A stretch of 64,000 nt of DNA, taken from contig NC_042999.1 of the NCBI RefSeq assembly GCF_006345805.1, forward strand, positions 11,284,001 to 11,348,000, in the 5' to 3' direction. This DNA is from Octopus sinensis (taxonomy: Eukaryota). Positions 23,961 to 36,668 of the stretch are shown here, one piece after another (the first letter of the stretch is position 1; the number at the start of each line of letters is the position of its first letter). Below the pieces are notes generated by a model. It searched no databases. It saw nothing but the letters and a program-made list of their open reading frames with translations, and was not told the origin of the DNA. The position numbers and the translations under genes are program-made.

Positions 23961-25356
23961 AAGTACTGTTGCTGAATATCTCTTGTTGTGAGATTTACAA
24001 ATAGTAATTTTCTAAAACAAATTATCTTTAAAACTTTTTAAAGTCACACCATCAGAATTGTTGAATGGCAACAGTCAGCTGACAATCTTAAGCCTTGCAC
24101 ACACCCACGCACCCATCACCACCACCACCACCACCACTGTTATTGTATTGATTCGGTAAGTTTATAACCTTGTTTATTCTGGTCTGCTTAGACTTAAAAT
24201 GGGTTAGTTTTAAAGAAAAGCATTCAGCTGTAAAACTAAAATAAATACAAGTTTTACAATTTCACAGCAAATAGGTTTCCAGTTGGCAGCCAGCCATAAT
24301 GCAAGAAAACTTAGAAATATATGCAAAAATACAGTGAAAATGTTTAAAAGAAGGAAAACCTCTTTGATTTGTGTCAATCGTCTACAAATTACACAAACTA
24401 ACATTACAGTAATGACATACTTAAATTTGTGGGCTAAAAACAATGTCAATATTTAAGTGACGGGTGAAGTGAAAGATCTAGCTTAGTTATTGTGGTGGAG
24501 GAGGAGGAAAGACTACAGTGAAGGGGGAGGAAGAGGAAAAAGTAAGTGGGTGTGGTTAGCTGAATCAGGTCAGCAACCGTTCAGATCAGGGATGATAGAT
24601 TTCAGGCATTGAAGAAAGATCAAAGCCTGACAAAATAAGTTACAGGTGAAAGCTACAGGTAAAAATTACGTTCTGTAATTAATGTCTTTATACTCAACAG
24701 AAGGTTGGGGTGCAGTGGGGAGTATATTAGTACCCTGTAGTCTTTCCATAAACAGAAGTATCCATCAATGGGTGACCAGTCCGATCGACTTGTGTATGAA
24801 ACTACATTAGATCCACAAAAGGTGTCGGCCACTCTGCAACAAGTTACTTCACTTCAATCATAAAAAACATCAAAAATGCCAGGAACACGCACCAAGCTCT
24901 CCGCCTAACAGTTGTTGCAGATGAAAACCAACGTTTGATTTAGAGGGTTCATTTTTAATTTGGTTTAAGGAATTACTTCAGAAGGAATAATAATTAACTA
25001 ATAATTTTAATTAATAACAGTTTATCATGCTTTCATTGAACGAAGTTTTCTTAATTACATTGATTTTTTTATTATTATGGAAGTGTGTTCTGTCATGGCC
25101 CTGGGCCAACGAATTCCCATGTAAGTGAATTTGGTAAATAGAAATTCTGTGGGAGTCCTTACAGTGTGTGTCCACTGCTTGATAACTGTCCTGGTTTGTT
25201 TATGTCCCAGTAACTTAGCAGTTTGGCAAAAAGAAATCAACAGAATAAGAAACAGGCTTGGCAAAAAAAAAAAGTATTGGGATTGATTTGTTTGACTAAA
25301 ACCTTTCAAAGCAGTGCTCCAGTATGGCCATAGTTCTATGACAAAATAAAATAAAT

Positions 25357-25715
25357 AGGCGTAGGAATAGCTGTGTGGTAAGTAGCTTGCTTACCAACCA
25401 CATGGTTCCGGGTTCAGTCCCACTGCGTGGCACCTTGGGCAAGTGTCTTCTACTATAGCCTTGAGTGGATTTGGTAGATGGAAACTGAAAGAAGCCCGTC
25501 GTGTATATGTGTGTGTGTGTGTCTGTCCCTCCAACATCGCTTGACAACCGATGCTGGTGTGCTTATATCCCTGTAACTTAGCGGTTCGACAAAAGAGACC
25601 AATAGAATAAGTACTAGGCTTATAAAGAATAACTCCTGGGGTCGATTTGCTCAACTAAAGGTGGTGCTCCAGCATGGCCACAATCAAATGACTGAAAAGA
25701 GTAAAAGAGTAAGGA
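25357..25715 (+). mobile_element. tRNA-derived SINE, third family
   Basis: Full-length homolog of 14975-15356. Further partial copies at about 10505-10600, 13410-13735(-), 19010-19150(-), 20260-20910, 25070-25350 and 58840-59100(-). Confidence 0.85.
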
Positions 25716-27299
25716 GTAAATGAAGAAACTAGTTGGATAAAGAAATGGCCGAGTGGTTAAGAAGATCACTTCACAAGCATATGAGGCCTGGGTTCAATTC
25801 CAGTGCACAGTAACTTTGTTGACCAATCTCTTGTTTATAATTTGGTAGAAGGTCCAAGCATTTGTGGGTAATTATATTGATGCCAAAAGCAAAAATATTG
25901 CCCAATATTTAGTTTCATCCAAGCTATGTCCCTTTCTGCTAAAGTCAAATTTCCATTTCATTCTTTACAAAGTCAATTAAACAAGTCCCTGACAAAGTAC
26001 TGGAATTCCTATAAGAAACGAAACCCCTTAAAGATGGTACGGCAGCATAGTAGTGGTCCAATAACAAAGACCAATAAAATAAGGATTTCAAACATAGGCA
26101 TAGGGTCTCAGTTTGGGACAATGGGGAAATGTGGTAAATTACATCAACCCCAGCACGTCATCATCATCATCGTTTAACATCCGCTTTCCATGGGTTGGCG
26201 AGCCAGAAGGCTGCACCAGGTTCCAATCTGATCTAGCAAAGTTTCTACAGCTGGATGCCCTACCCAGCACCAACCACTGAGAGTGTAGTGGGTGCTTTTA
26301 TGTGCCACCGGCATGAGGGCCAGTCAGGCGGTACTGGCATCAGCCATACTCAAATGGTGCTTTTTATGTCTAGAATTTTATTTTATTGACCCTGGAAGAA
26401 TGAAATAGTAATTTCACTTTGACAAGTTTTGAACTCAGAATGTACAAAACTAGAACTAAATACCAAAATGTATTTTGTTCAATGTTCTCCAAGAAAGAAA
26501 CAACTCTTGTGGAACCAATAAGTTTTTGAGATTTAGATCAAAGACAGGAAACATTCTTCAAGATGGTGTCCAAGATAAACATATCCACTGATCAGGTTGT
26601 GTTGTTTCCCATTCTTCATGATGGTGTCCCAGGTAAACATATCCACTAGACTGTTGTTTCACATTACTTAGAGAAGTGAAAGCCATAATAAGGTTGGCAA
26701 ATCACAACAGTTTAGCAGTATATGTGCAACAAAATGCATCAGCAATGCATCTATGCACCAAACAAGTGCAGCAATATTGCTGGCCTTGTGCTTGGCAGAA
26801 TCGGTTGCATGCTGGGCTTAATGTGTAGCAGCATTTTGTCTGTCCTTATGTTTCGAGTTCAAATTGCACCGAGGTTGACTTTGCCTTTCATCCTTTCAGG
26901 GTCAATAAAAACAAGTACCAGTGGATCATCGGGGTCAACCCCTGTCCCCCAAACACCTCAGGCTTTCTGCCAATGGCAAAAGGATTATTATCATCATCTA
27001 AAACTAGATGCGAAAACTACTGATTGCTTATGTTGTTTTGACAGCAACTTTGCTGGAGAATATAACAAAATGTCAGCTGTCCACAACTAGGGAACTAAGG
27101 CAATACCCTTCATTCAGATTTCAAGAACTCTGCAGAGGATTCATGCAATTTCTGTCAGTGTTCTATCTTCACATTTACCCTCAGCTCCAACATGGGCAAC
27201 ACTCGTCTTCTTCAATGACTACAGGTTTCTTTTATAACTTTCCACTTCAAATTCTCAGATCTGACCTGCTTCTCTTTTTCTCTTTCTGATCCTCTCTCA

Positions 27300-27610
27300 T
27301 TACCAAGATATGTCAGATCTATGATCAAACAGGATTTTCCAGTTTTTATTCATAACCACTATATCCGGCTTTCAAAGCTCAATTTTATCATCACATTGGA
27401 TCAATCTCACATTATCTTAACCTTGTCGTTCTATATTACTTCTGGGGTTGGCTCATATCACATATCTGCTCTATCCAATCCATACTTGCCACACACCTCC
27501 CAATAAATCATTCTTGTGACATTTCTAAGCCTTCTTTTGTATTGCTTTTGGGGTCAGCTTTTTGCACACATTCACAATAAGCCATATAGTTTCACCTTTA
27601 TCACTTCTGA
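27300..27610 (-). mobile_element. Decayed RLE-type (R4/NeSL-like) retrotransposon fragment
   Basis: Minus strand gives RMIYWEVCGKYGL...YEPTPEVI*NDKVKIM*D, like the region preceding the RLE domain. Confidence 0.5.
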
Positions 27611-27634
27611 ACCTGCACTTGTCACTTTCTGCTG

Positions 27635-27957
27635 CTCTGTTTATTTCTGTGTTCTTTCCTGATAAAGAGTGTAGGCTCAAAACGTAAAAGACTTTCTCAA
27701 TTCCTGAGCGTTAAACTAATACATCTTTTGTTGTTTACACACCCATCTTCGTCTTTTGCTTTGTTTGTTTTTTCTGTAAATTCCAACTATATATAAATAT
27801 ATAGGGAGAGTTTACAAAAAAAAAAACAAAAGACAAAGACAGGTGGTGTAGAAAACAAACAGATGTATTAGTATAACACTCAGAAAGTGAAAAAGTCTTT
27901 AACATTTCGAGCCTACGCTCTTCTACAGAAAGGGACACAGAAAAAACAAGGAGAGAA
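27635..27957. repeat. Tail-to-tail inverted repeat of a Penelope-like terminal sequence with degenerate hammerheads
   Basis: Arms mirror around a TA-rich centre at about 27797. Each arm carries CTGnnGA-AGAGC GTAG GCTC-GAAA-like text. Confidence 0.7.
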
Positions 27958-29057
27958 AAAAATGTGTGTAGTGGCTAACAGTCTATCATATATATACACA
28001 CACACACATTCTCTACATATATAACTATACAAACACACATACATACATACACATATATATACATACACACACACATAGACACACAAACATACACACTGCT
28101 CTACATATGTGAACCCTTCGTTCCTGTACCAGGGTTATGTCATTGTGGTATTGTTTTCTTAATGATTGAGGTCCAAGACGAAGATGGCACCACCCCCAGT
28201 AATTGATGTTGAAGGTGTGGTTGGTCATTTACTGATTGTCAGAAACTGATAATGACTAACGAGTAATTGGTGAATCTCATTTAATCAAATGCAGCCGACT
28301 TTTGATGAAGCACTTTTCCCAGACACCAGGCAAAAAGAAAAAAACTGCCTAATTCTGAGACGTTCCCATCGGAAGGAGAGAGAGAGAAGAAGAAGAAGAG
28401 AAGAGAACCTGAAAAGCTCAGGCCATTGTTTTACTGAAGTGTAGGCGGAGAGAGGGGGAAAGAGAGAGAGTGTGTGTGTGAGTGAGAGAGTGTGTGAGAG
28501 AGAGAGAGTATATGTGTGAGTGAGAGTGTGTGAGTGTGAATGATTGTGTGTGTGTGAGTGTGTAAACATGTGCACATGCGTGTGTGTGAGATACTTTTTC
28601 AGTAGAGAAGATAAAAGAAAAAAAAAAGGGGTGTGTGAGAAAGTGAGAAAGTCCCCCAGCTAAAAGATGTGTTGTTCAGAGAAAAATGAAAAATATTTCA
28701 TTTGGTTGTGGAATTAATTTCATGCCTTGTCTCTTTAGCTTTTTTTTTTTTTCCATTTATTTTTAACCTAAAGAGTAACACGTCTTCTTTAAAGTCATTC
28801 ATGAGCATTTTGCTCTCAGGAAGTTCATTTGGTGTGATGGCCACACGGATCTCTTACCATGGCACAACACGAGAATTTTAGGTAAAGGATTTAATCAATT
28901 AAACTTTCCCCATTGTCCAAGCCTAATTTTTCACAACCACAATGCGGTAAGAAGAAGGGGGACAGAGAAAATATCAAAAGCAACCTCGTTAAAATATTGA
29001 GACAAAAACTGTAAAAGTGTTGAGTTTGAGGTTTCACAATTTCTATCAACCAACATC

Positions 29058-29090
<33 letters not shown>

Positions 29091-29140
29091 GTTCATCATC
29101 CTATTAACAATTGTTAGTACACTGGGGAAAATGCTTAGTG

Positions 29141-29306
29141 GCCTTTCATCTGTCTTTATGTCCCAAGTTCAAATTCCACTGGGGTCCACTCTGCCTTTCA
29201 TCTGTCTTTATGTCCCAAGTTCAAATTCCACTGGGGTCCACTCTGCCTTTCATCTGTCTTTATGTCCCAAGTTCAAATTCCACTGGGGTCCACTCTGCCT
29301 TTCATC
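29141..29306. repeat. 52-bp tandem triplication inside a SINE
   Basis: GCCTTTCATCTGTCTTTATGTCCCAAGTTCAAATTCCACTGGGGTCCACTCT at 29141, 29193 and 29245. Confidence 0.95.
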
Positions 29307-29814
29307 CTTTCAGCATTGATAAATTAAGTACCAGTTGAACACTAGGGTTGCTGTAATCAACTCAGCCCCATCCCCCACCCACAAATTGCAGGCCTTGTGC
29401 CTAGAGTAAAAAGGATTATTTATTTATTAAACAAACTGGCAGAACTGTTAACAGACTGGGCAAAATGTTTGGTGACATTTCGTGTCTTTATGTTCTGAGT
29501 TCAAATTCCACTAAGGTCAACTTCGCCTTTTGGGGTCATTAAAATAAGGACCAGGTGAGTACTGGGATGGGGGTCAATGTAACTCCCTGAAAATTGCTGG
29601 CCTTGTGCCAAAATTTGAAGCCGTTGTTATTATTAACTGCTTTACATCCATTTTTGCCCTGTTAGCACGGCTTGAAGGTTTTGCAGAAATTTTTCATCTT
29701 TAAATAATTGCTGAGAATTTTTACAATTAGCAGTGATTCTTTTCTTTTAACCACAATTTTCAATTGGGTGAAGCATCTATTTTTGAACTAGGGAGATTTA
29801 GACAAATAATGTTA

Positions 29815-29859
<45 letters not shown>

Positions 29860-30153
29860 TCATTGTTGTTTAACGTCTGCTTTCCATGCTGGCATGGGTT
29901 GGACGGTTTGACTGAGGTCTGGAGAGCCAGCAGCTGCACAAAGCTCCAGTCTGATCTGGCAAAGTTTCTACAGCTGGATGCCCTTCCTAACACCAACCAC
30001 TCGAGTGTAGTGGGTGCTTTTACGTACCACCAGCACAAGGGCCAGGCAGGCAGTACTGGCATCGACCACGCTCAGAAGGTGTTTTTTAAGTGGTACCTGC
30101 ACGGGAGCCAGTCCGGCGGCACTGGCATATATATATATATATATATAATATAT

Positions 30154-30210
<57 letters not shown>

Positions 30211-30516
30211 CTGTGTGTGTGTGTATATATATATATATACATATATATAGTACAAAGTAAGATAGGGGTTATGAGGGTAACCCACTATGGGATATCAGTT
30301 ATCCAATATACTGCCGGTAAAGTACCCAAATACTAAATACATAAATGCTTATAATTGCAATGCAATTAATTCATTTATTGTAGTGGATGGGTGAAGGTAA
30401 AAAATATTTTACCATAAATTCATAATACGAATAAGAAAATGGAGGAACAAGAAAACAAGAAAAGTTTTTTAAAATCTTTTCTTTTGATTTTTCCAAAATT
30501 TAATTGTTTTCCATAC

Positions 30517-30558
30517 TTACAGTTGAAAAAGTCTCAATGACTGAAACCGGTACTGAAA
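30517..30558 (+). ncRNA. Degenerate minimal hammerhead motif in a Penelope-like fragment
   Basis: CAG-TTGAAAA-AGTC TCAAT GACT-GAAAC CG GTA-CTG. Helices I and II pair and helix III is the palindrome ACCGGT, but the core carries two substitutions relative to CTGANGA. Confidence 0.5.
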
Positions 30559-30768
30559 GGTTTTTTATAAAATTATTTTAGCATTTTCTAAGTTGACGTT
30601 TTCTTCCATATATATCAACTCGTGTGTTCCTTTTCAACCTTATATATATATATATATTTATCAAAATAAAAACATGGTGCAAAGGATTTAGCTGTACATA
30701 TGTTTCGGGCCTTTATTAGACAGTTTATAACAATGCATAATTGATGTAAATGTGTGTCTATAGCCTTT

Positions 30769-30804
<36 letters not shown>

Positions 30805-30882
30805 CAAAAATTTAGATTCAGATGAATATGGCACTTGAGTTGAGGCACCAGAATTTAGTACAGTTTCAAGTAAGATGATTAA

Positions 30883-30962
30883 AATCAAAATAAGCAACAA
30901 GGATATCCAGAGGTAATGCAGTACTGTATTACCATTGGATATCCTTGTTGCTTTTTTTGATT
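30883..30962. repeat. 80-bp spacerless palindrome
   Basis: 40-bp arms with 36/40 matches, centred on CAGTACTG. Confidence 0.93.
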
Positions 30963-31017
30963 ATATATATATTCTATTAATCCTTAATAAAGCTAATTTA
31001 ACCTTTTACTGTGTGTT

Positions 31018-31057
<40 letters not shown>

Positions 31058-31769
31058 TAAAATCACCCACTACACTCGCGGAGTGGTTGGCATTACGAAA
31101 GGCATCCAGCTGTAGAAACACTGCCAGATCAGACTGGAGCCTGGTGCAGCCTCCTGACTTCCCAGAAAGAGGGGATGAATGAAGCTGAGCAAGACACACA
31201 TCAGCTGCCCATTTGGCTGTAAAGGTCAGCAGTTTAAATTCAGTCATTAGCACTGCTCTATGCCCCTCACAAAAGGGTATTGAACACTCAATATGTACCC
31301 CAAGCCATCAATCATCATCATCATCATCATCATCGTTTAACGTCCGCTTTCCATGCTAGCATGGGTTGGACGATTTTGACAGAGGGCTGGCGAACCAGAT
31401 GGCTGCACCAGGCTCCAATCTTGATCTGGCAGTGTTTCTACAGCTGGGTGCCCTTCCTATCACCAACCACTCCAAGGGTGTAGTGGGTGCTCTTTATGTG
31501 CCACCGTCACAGGGGCCAGATGAGGCTGGCAAACGGCCACGATCAGTGGGTGCCTTTATGTGTCACCGACACGGACGCCAGTCAGGCGGTGCTGGCAACT
31601 GCCACGTTCAGATGGTGCTTTTAACGTGTCACCGGCACGGGTAATAAAATGACTAAGTGATAAGTGTGACATTAAGAACATTAAGAACAGACTCCAATAG
31701 ACGGCCATATTGTTTCAAGGTTACACCCAGTCTTGAAACTTTATATAACAAGATTTGGTAATATCAATA

Positions 31770-33187
31770 CAGGATGCCCCTGGGAGCTCCTCTACGCTGA
31801 TGACTTTGCTCTAATTGCTGAATCACTATCAGAACTGGAGAAGTTTCAGGTGAGGAAGCAAGGATTATAATCGAAGGGCCTTAGAGTCAATCTAGCTAAA
31901 ACCGAAGTCCTAATAAGTAGGAAGGTAGACAAGTCACAAACGCCTTCAGGTAGATGGCCTTGCTCGATCTGTAGAAAAGGTGTAGGTAGAAACTCTATAA
32001 GATGCACCCAGTGTAAGCTATGGACACATAAGAGGTGCAGCAACGTCAAGGGAAGGCTAACTAGGAAGATAGTTTTTGTTTGTGACAGATGCTCAGGAGC
32101 AATAAACACTGAAAATGCCCAGAGACCAACTTCTACCACATTCCAGGGAGAAAAACTAGAAGTAGTTGATAGCTTCCGTTACCTAGGTGACCAAGTCAGT
32201 AGCAAGGGTGGGTGTGCTGAAAGTGTAACTGCTAGAGTAAGAATAGCCAGGGCAAAGTTCAGAGAGCTCTTACCTCTGCTAGTGACAAAGGGCCTCTCAC
32301 TCAGAGTAAAAGGCAGACTGTATGACGCGTGTGTACGAACAGCCATGCTACATGCAGTGAAACATGGGCCGTGACTGCTGAGGATATGTGTAAGCTCGCA
32401 AGAAATGAAGCCAGTATGCTCCGATGGATGTGTAATGTCAGTGTTCATACTTGACAGAGTGTAAGTACCTTGAGAGAAAAGCTGGACCTAAGAAGCATCA
32501 GTTGTGGTGTGCAAGAGAGACGTTTGTGCTGGTATGGTCATGTGGTGAGAATGGATGAAGATAGTTGTGTGAAAAAGTGCCACACCCAAGCGGTTGAGGG
32601 AACCTGTGGAAGAGGCAGACCCAGGAAAACCTGGGACGAGGTGGTAAAGCACGACCTTCGAACTTTAGGTCTCACCGAGGAAATGACTAGAGACCGAGAC
32701 CTATGGAAGTATGCTGTGCGTGAGAAGACCCTGCAGGACAAGTGAGACCATAACCTGTGGCCTCAGTCCACTTTATGCATACCTTTCCTTCTTGGGACAC
32801 AAAACTCTACTTGTGAAGACTTGTTGAGGCAAGTGAAAATCAAAATCAAAATCGATCAACATCAATGGAAATTGTAGCTGTGATACCTGTGCCGGTGGCA
32901 CATAAGAGAACCATCCAAACGTGGTCGTTGGTAGCGCCGCCCCGACTGGCCTTGTGCTGGTGGCACGTAAAAAGCACCATCCGATCGTGGCCGTTTGCCA
33001 GCCTCGTCTGGCACGTAAAAAGCACCCACTACACTCATGGAGTGGTTGGCGTTAGGAAGGGCATCCAGCCGTAGAAACATTGCCAGATTAGACTGGAGCC
33101 TGGTGCAGCCTTCTGGCTTCCCAGACCCCAGTTGAACCGTCCAACCCATGCCAGCATGGAAAGCGGATGCTAAACGATGATGATAAT
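31770..33187 (+). mobile_element. 5'-truncated RTE LINE, same family
   Basis: Begins just before LLYADD; includes the Cys-rich insert, RGRPRKTW, 3' UTR and GAT tail. Collinear with about 6710-8077. Confidence 0.92.
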
Positions 33188-33503
33188 GAATACAGGGAAG
33201 TTCTGGTAAAGGAGATGGGGGGGGGGATAATATGGAAGGATTTCTCATTAACTTTTAAAAGAAACATCTTGGAGAGCAAACTTAGTTTCAAATAATATTT
33301 GCCATTAACCAAAGTCATCTTAGTTCAAATTTCTTATCAGCCAAAACAGAAATAAACCTTAAAGAAGATTGTAAAAACCATTTTGAAGATTGCTAACTTT
33401 ATAAGTTTCAAAACATCTTTTTATAGAACTTGTATATAATTTGATAAAACATGCAGTGAGTGGAATTTATTAGTGGTGACAGTGGGGCTATAAGGTACTA
33501 AAA

Positions 33504-33725
33504 AGGCGGCGAGCTGGCAGAAACGTTAGCACGCCGGGCGAAATACGTAGCCGTATTTCGTCTGCCGTTATGTTCTGAGTTCAAATTCCGCCGAGTTCGA
33601 CTTTGCCTTTCATCCTTTCAGGATCGATAAATAAAGTACCAGTGACGCACTGGGGTCGATATAATCGACTTAATCCCTTTGTTTGTCCCCTCTGTGTTTA
33701 GCCCCTTGTGGGCAATAAAGAAATA
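33504..33725 (+). mobile_element. Young tRNA-derived SINE with MetaSINE-like core and 15-bp TSD
   Basis: B box GAGTTCAAATTCC and core GCCTTTCATCCTTTC.GG.TCGATAAA..AGTACC. TATAAGGTACTAAAA is duplicated at 33489-33503 and 33726-33740. Relatives at about 9600-9835, 13840-14050, 26790-26990, 29100-29620 and 40280-40420. Confidence 0.85.
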
Positions 33726-34209
33726 TATAAGGTACTAAAACTAACCCCATGAGAATATAAAAAAAAACAAAGATTATTTGCTTATAAAATAATAAAAAAC
33801 AAAACAGTGCAGCACCCATGACTTTTGGAAGTATTTCTTGATGGTCATAATCATCAAAGCATAAAATGAATTGCTCTCATTAGCTGTCAAGATACCCTTC
33901 AAATATTCTGTGTTTCCCGATATTCCTCAACACTATTCCTGATGTGCCCATCCACCCTTTCCTCCTCGTTTATGCCTTTTGGGGTTTTATTCTGGGTACT
34001 TCTATCTTTCTTTACTTGTCTGCTTTCTGTCCCCCTGTATACAATAAAACCTTTAATTATTTTTTTATAACTTTTAAAATTTTTATACAAAATGAAAATG
34101 GAAAAATATTTTTCCAATACAAAAGTTTGAAGAATTTTTTTCATTAATGAAAGCAAATTTTTACATTTAAATGTAATATATACATAAAATAAACATTTAA
34201 AATAGATGT

Positions 34210-34576
34210 AGGCATGGTTGTGTGGTTAAGAAGGTCATATGTTCCTGGGTTCAATTCCACTGTCTGGCACCTTGACCAAGTGTCTTCTACTATAGCCCTA
34301 GGCAGATCAAAGCCTTATGAATGGGTTTTGTAGACAGAAACTGAAAGGAGCCCATCAAGTGTGTGTGTGTGTCTAGACATCTCATGATGGTTGTAAATGA
34401 AGTATCACCATCATACAAGTGATGGTGATGGTTTCCAGTCTTTTGTGAAAAACAGGTGTGCCATAATGAAATAACAGAAACAGGTGAGTGTTGGGAACAG
34501 GAAGGTCATCCAGCCACAGAAAATCTGCCTCAACAAATTCCATCTAACTCATGAAAAAGCAGATGTTAAAACGACA
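34210..34576 (+). mobile_element. SINE with tRNA-like head and RTE-like 3' tail
   Basis: Head as in 14975; the 3' end (AGGAAGGtCATCCAGC...CATGaAAAAGCAGATGTTAAA) matches the RTE 3' terminus. Similar at about 12000-12300, 16970-17320 and 39315-39650. Confidence 0.65.
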
Positions 34577-36099
34577 AGTTGGATATTTCTGAAAAGTTGT
34601 ATGAAGTCAACTGGCAAGATTTGAAACCTGTTCTTATTCATTTCCAACTGTTTGTAGTTTTCCTCATCATTTATCCTTCAATGGTAATTAGTTGCTTTTA
34701 ATCAAGATGGAAGGTGAGGCATTCTTCTTTTGGTCGTTGTATCAGAATACCACTGGCTATAGTTCTCTCTACATTAAATGTCTCAAACAAACACATATTG
34801 TTATGGCATTTTGTTTAACAATACAATGTAAATGAAAAGCTAGGTGGTAAGTTCTAACATGGTGGAACACTTTCCTTCCTTCACTAATTGCCATTAGTAA
34901 TAACACAAGACAGCAATGGTTTTATCTGACTGAAATGTGCAAATATAACGTTTGCTGCTAGGATACATTTCTATTGACACAGTCAAACAGGTCTTCGTGG
35001 AAAATCAATTTACATTTGTAAATGTGATAGAAGCAAAGGGTTTCAAAAGGTTGATAAATGTAGCAGAGAAAATCAAAGCTAACATTTATTAGAAAGGAAA
35101 TGGGTCTTGAGAAAGAAACGGTCATCATATTTGAATTATTGAAAAATGTCATTAAACGAGTAAATAATCTGATCTGCAATTACTTTCGGATTACAGACTC
35201 CAAACGAGCCAACAATTTTCAATGTATTCCCCTCGTTAAACACACTTGAGAGTTTTACTGTTTCCCCCACCCCACCCCTTTCGTTTTTGTTTTAAGAATG
35301 ACATCGTTAAAACAGGTCAAATGATAATAATAATAATAATAATAATGTTTGTACAAATAACTATCAGGATAAAACAAAAGACTAAATAGATTAGCTAAAT
35401 GGCTTTTCAACTGGATATCTATTGAGAGAGAGAGGTAAGGGGGTGGGAAAAGGAGCAGCAGAAGTACCAAAGAATTCTAAAGAATGATTGGTATCAGGTA
35501 AAGTAGGGTTTCTTTTTTATTGATATCAGGTGAAGTATTATTTATTTCAGAATCTGTTTGTATTGTATTTATTGCTGTGATCACATTGGGACAAAATAAT
35601 ACAGTTTCTTTGTAAATATGCCAACCAGATTAAATCTTGTGTGTGTGTCCGTGTGTGTCCACACACACACACACACACACACACAAACAAATTATGCAAT
35701 GTTATAAATCTAGTCTCATAGTAGCCAATGTCAGTCACATCCAACAATTGTTAATTTCCCTGACCACACTTGGAAGGTTCTTCAGCATGACACCATCCGT
35801 TAACATGAATTGGCTGTTACTTATGAGAACTTATTGAACAATGACCATCATCCTCATCATTTTAACATCCAAGTTTCCCTGCTTGTATGGGTCAGACAGA
35901 TGGATTTTTCTAAGTCCTAATGCCCTTCCTGTCACCAGCTCTCACCTATTCCAGGTAAAGTCATTTTTCCTCATATCTAGACACGTTTCTATGGAAGATT
36001 GTGAAGGACCCTTCTTGCATGTTGGTGACACTTGTTCACAACTGTCTTGCGAAGTCAAGGAAAGGAGACACTGACACACAAACAACTGTGTGTGTGTGT

Positions 36100-36146
<47 letters not shown>

Positions 36147-36668
36147 ATGCTTCAACTAAGATTATGAAGTGGTGTGAAAGGTTTACTCTTGGCTTCCATA
36201 TAAAAAGCTAAGACAAAAGGGGACACATGGAGCCAAGTGAAGTGAGTGATGATTAAGTAAAGCAACAATATTGAAATGGCCCCAACATTTGAAGTGATGG
36301 TCTAATCTGGATACAATTAGTGTCGTTTGTTTTCAATATGAAGATCTCCCATCATATTTCCAATCATTATATCTCTATAAACAACTGGGTTTATACCAAC
36401 ATCTGCTCCACCCCTATTTACTGTCACTTACCCCTTCCTCCTCAGGTTTTTTCTTTTACTTTCTTCCCCACCAAACTCGTATCAACCATCACCCTCACTT
36501 GAACCCTTGTTCATCATAGATGATATTCACCTTTATACCCCCCTCTTCTAATTAACTGTCACTCTCCTCACACACTCTAATGAACTTATCCACCTTAATC
36601 CTGAACCTCAAGACATTTTTCTTTTTATATTCACCTTCTTAAACTTTGATACCAAAGTGTAAGATGAC

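Noticed and set aside
28852-28863. GCCATG|GTAAGA as an alternative first exon
   Set aside because: Phase 0; splicing to exon 2 gives a frameshift and an early stop.
35740-35792. Minus-strand CTGAAGA...GAAAT hammerhead candidate
   Set aside because: Helix I cannot form; likely a chance match.
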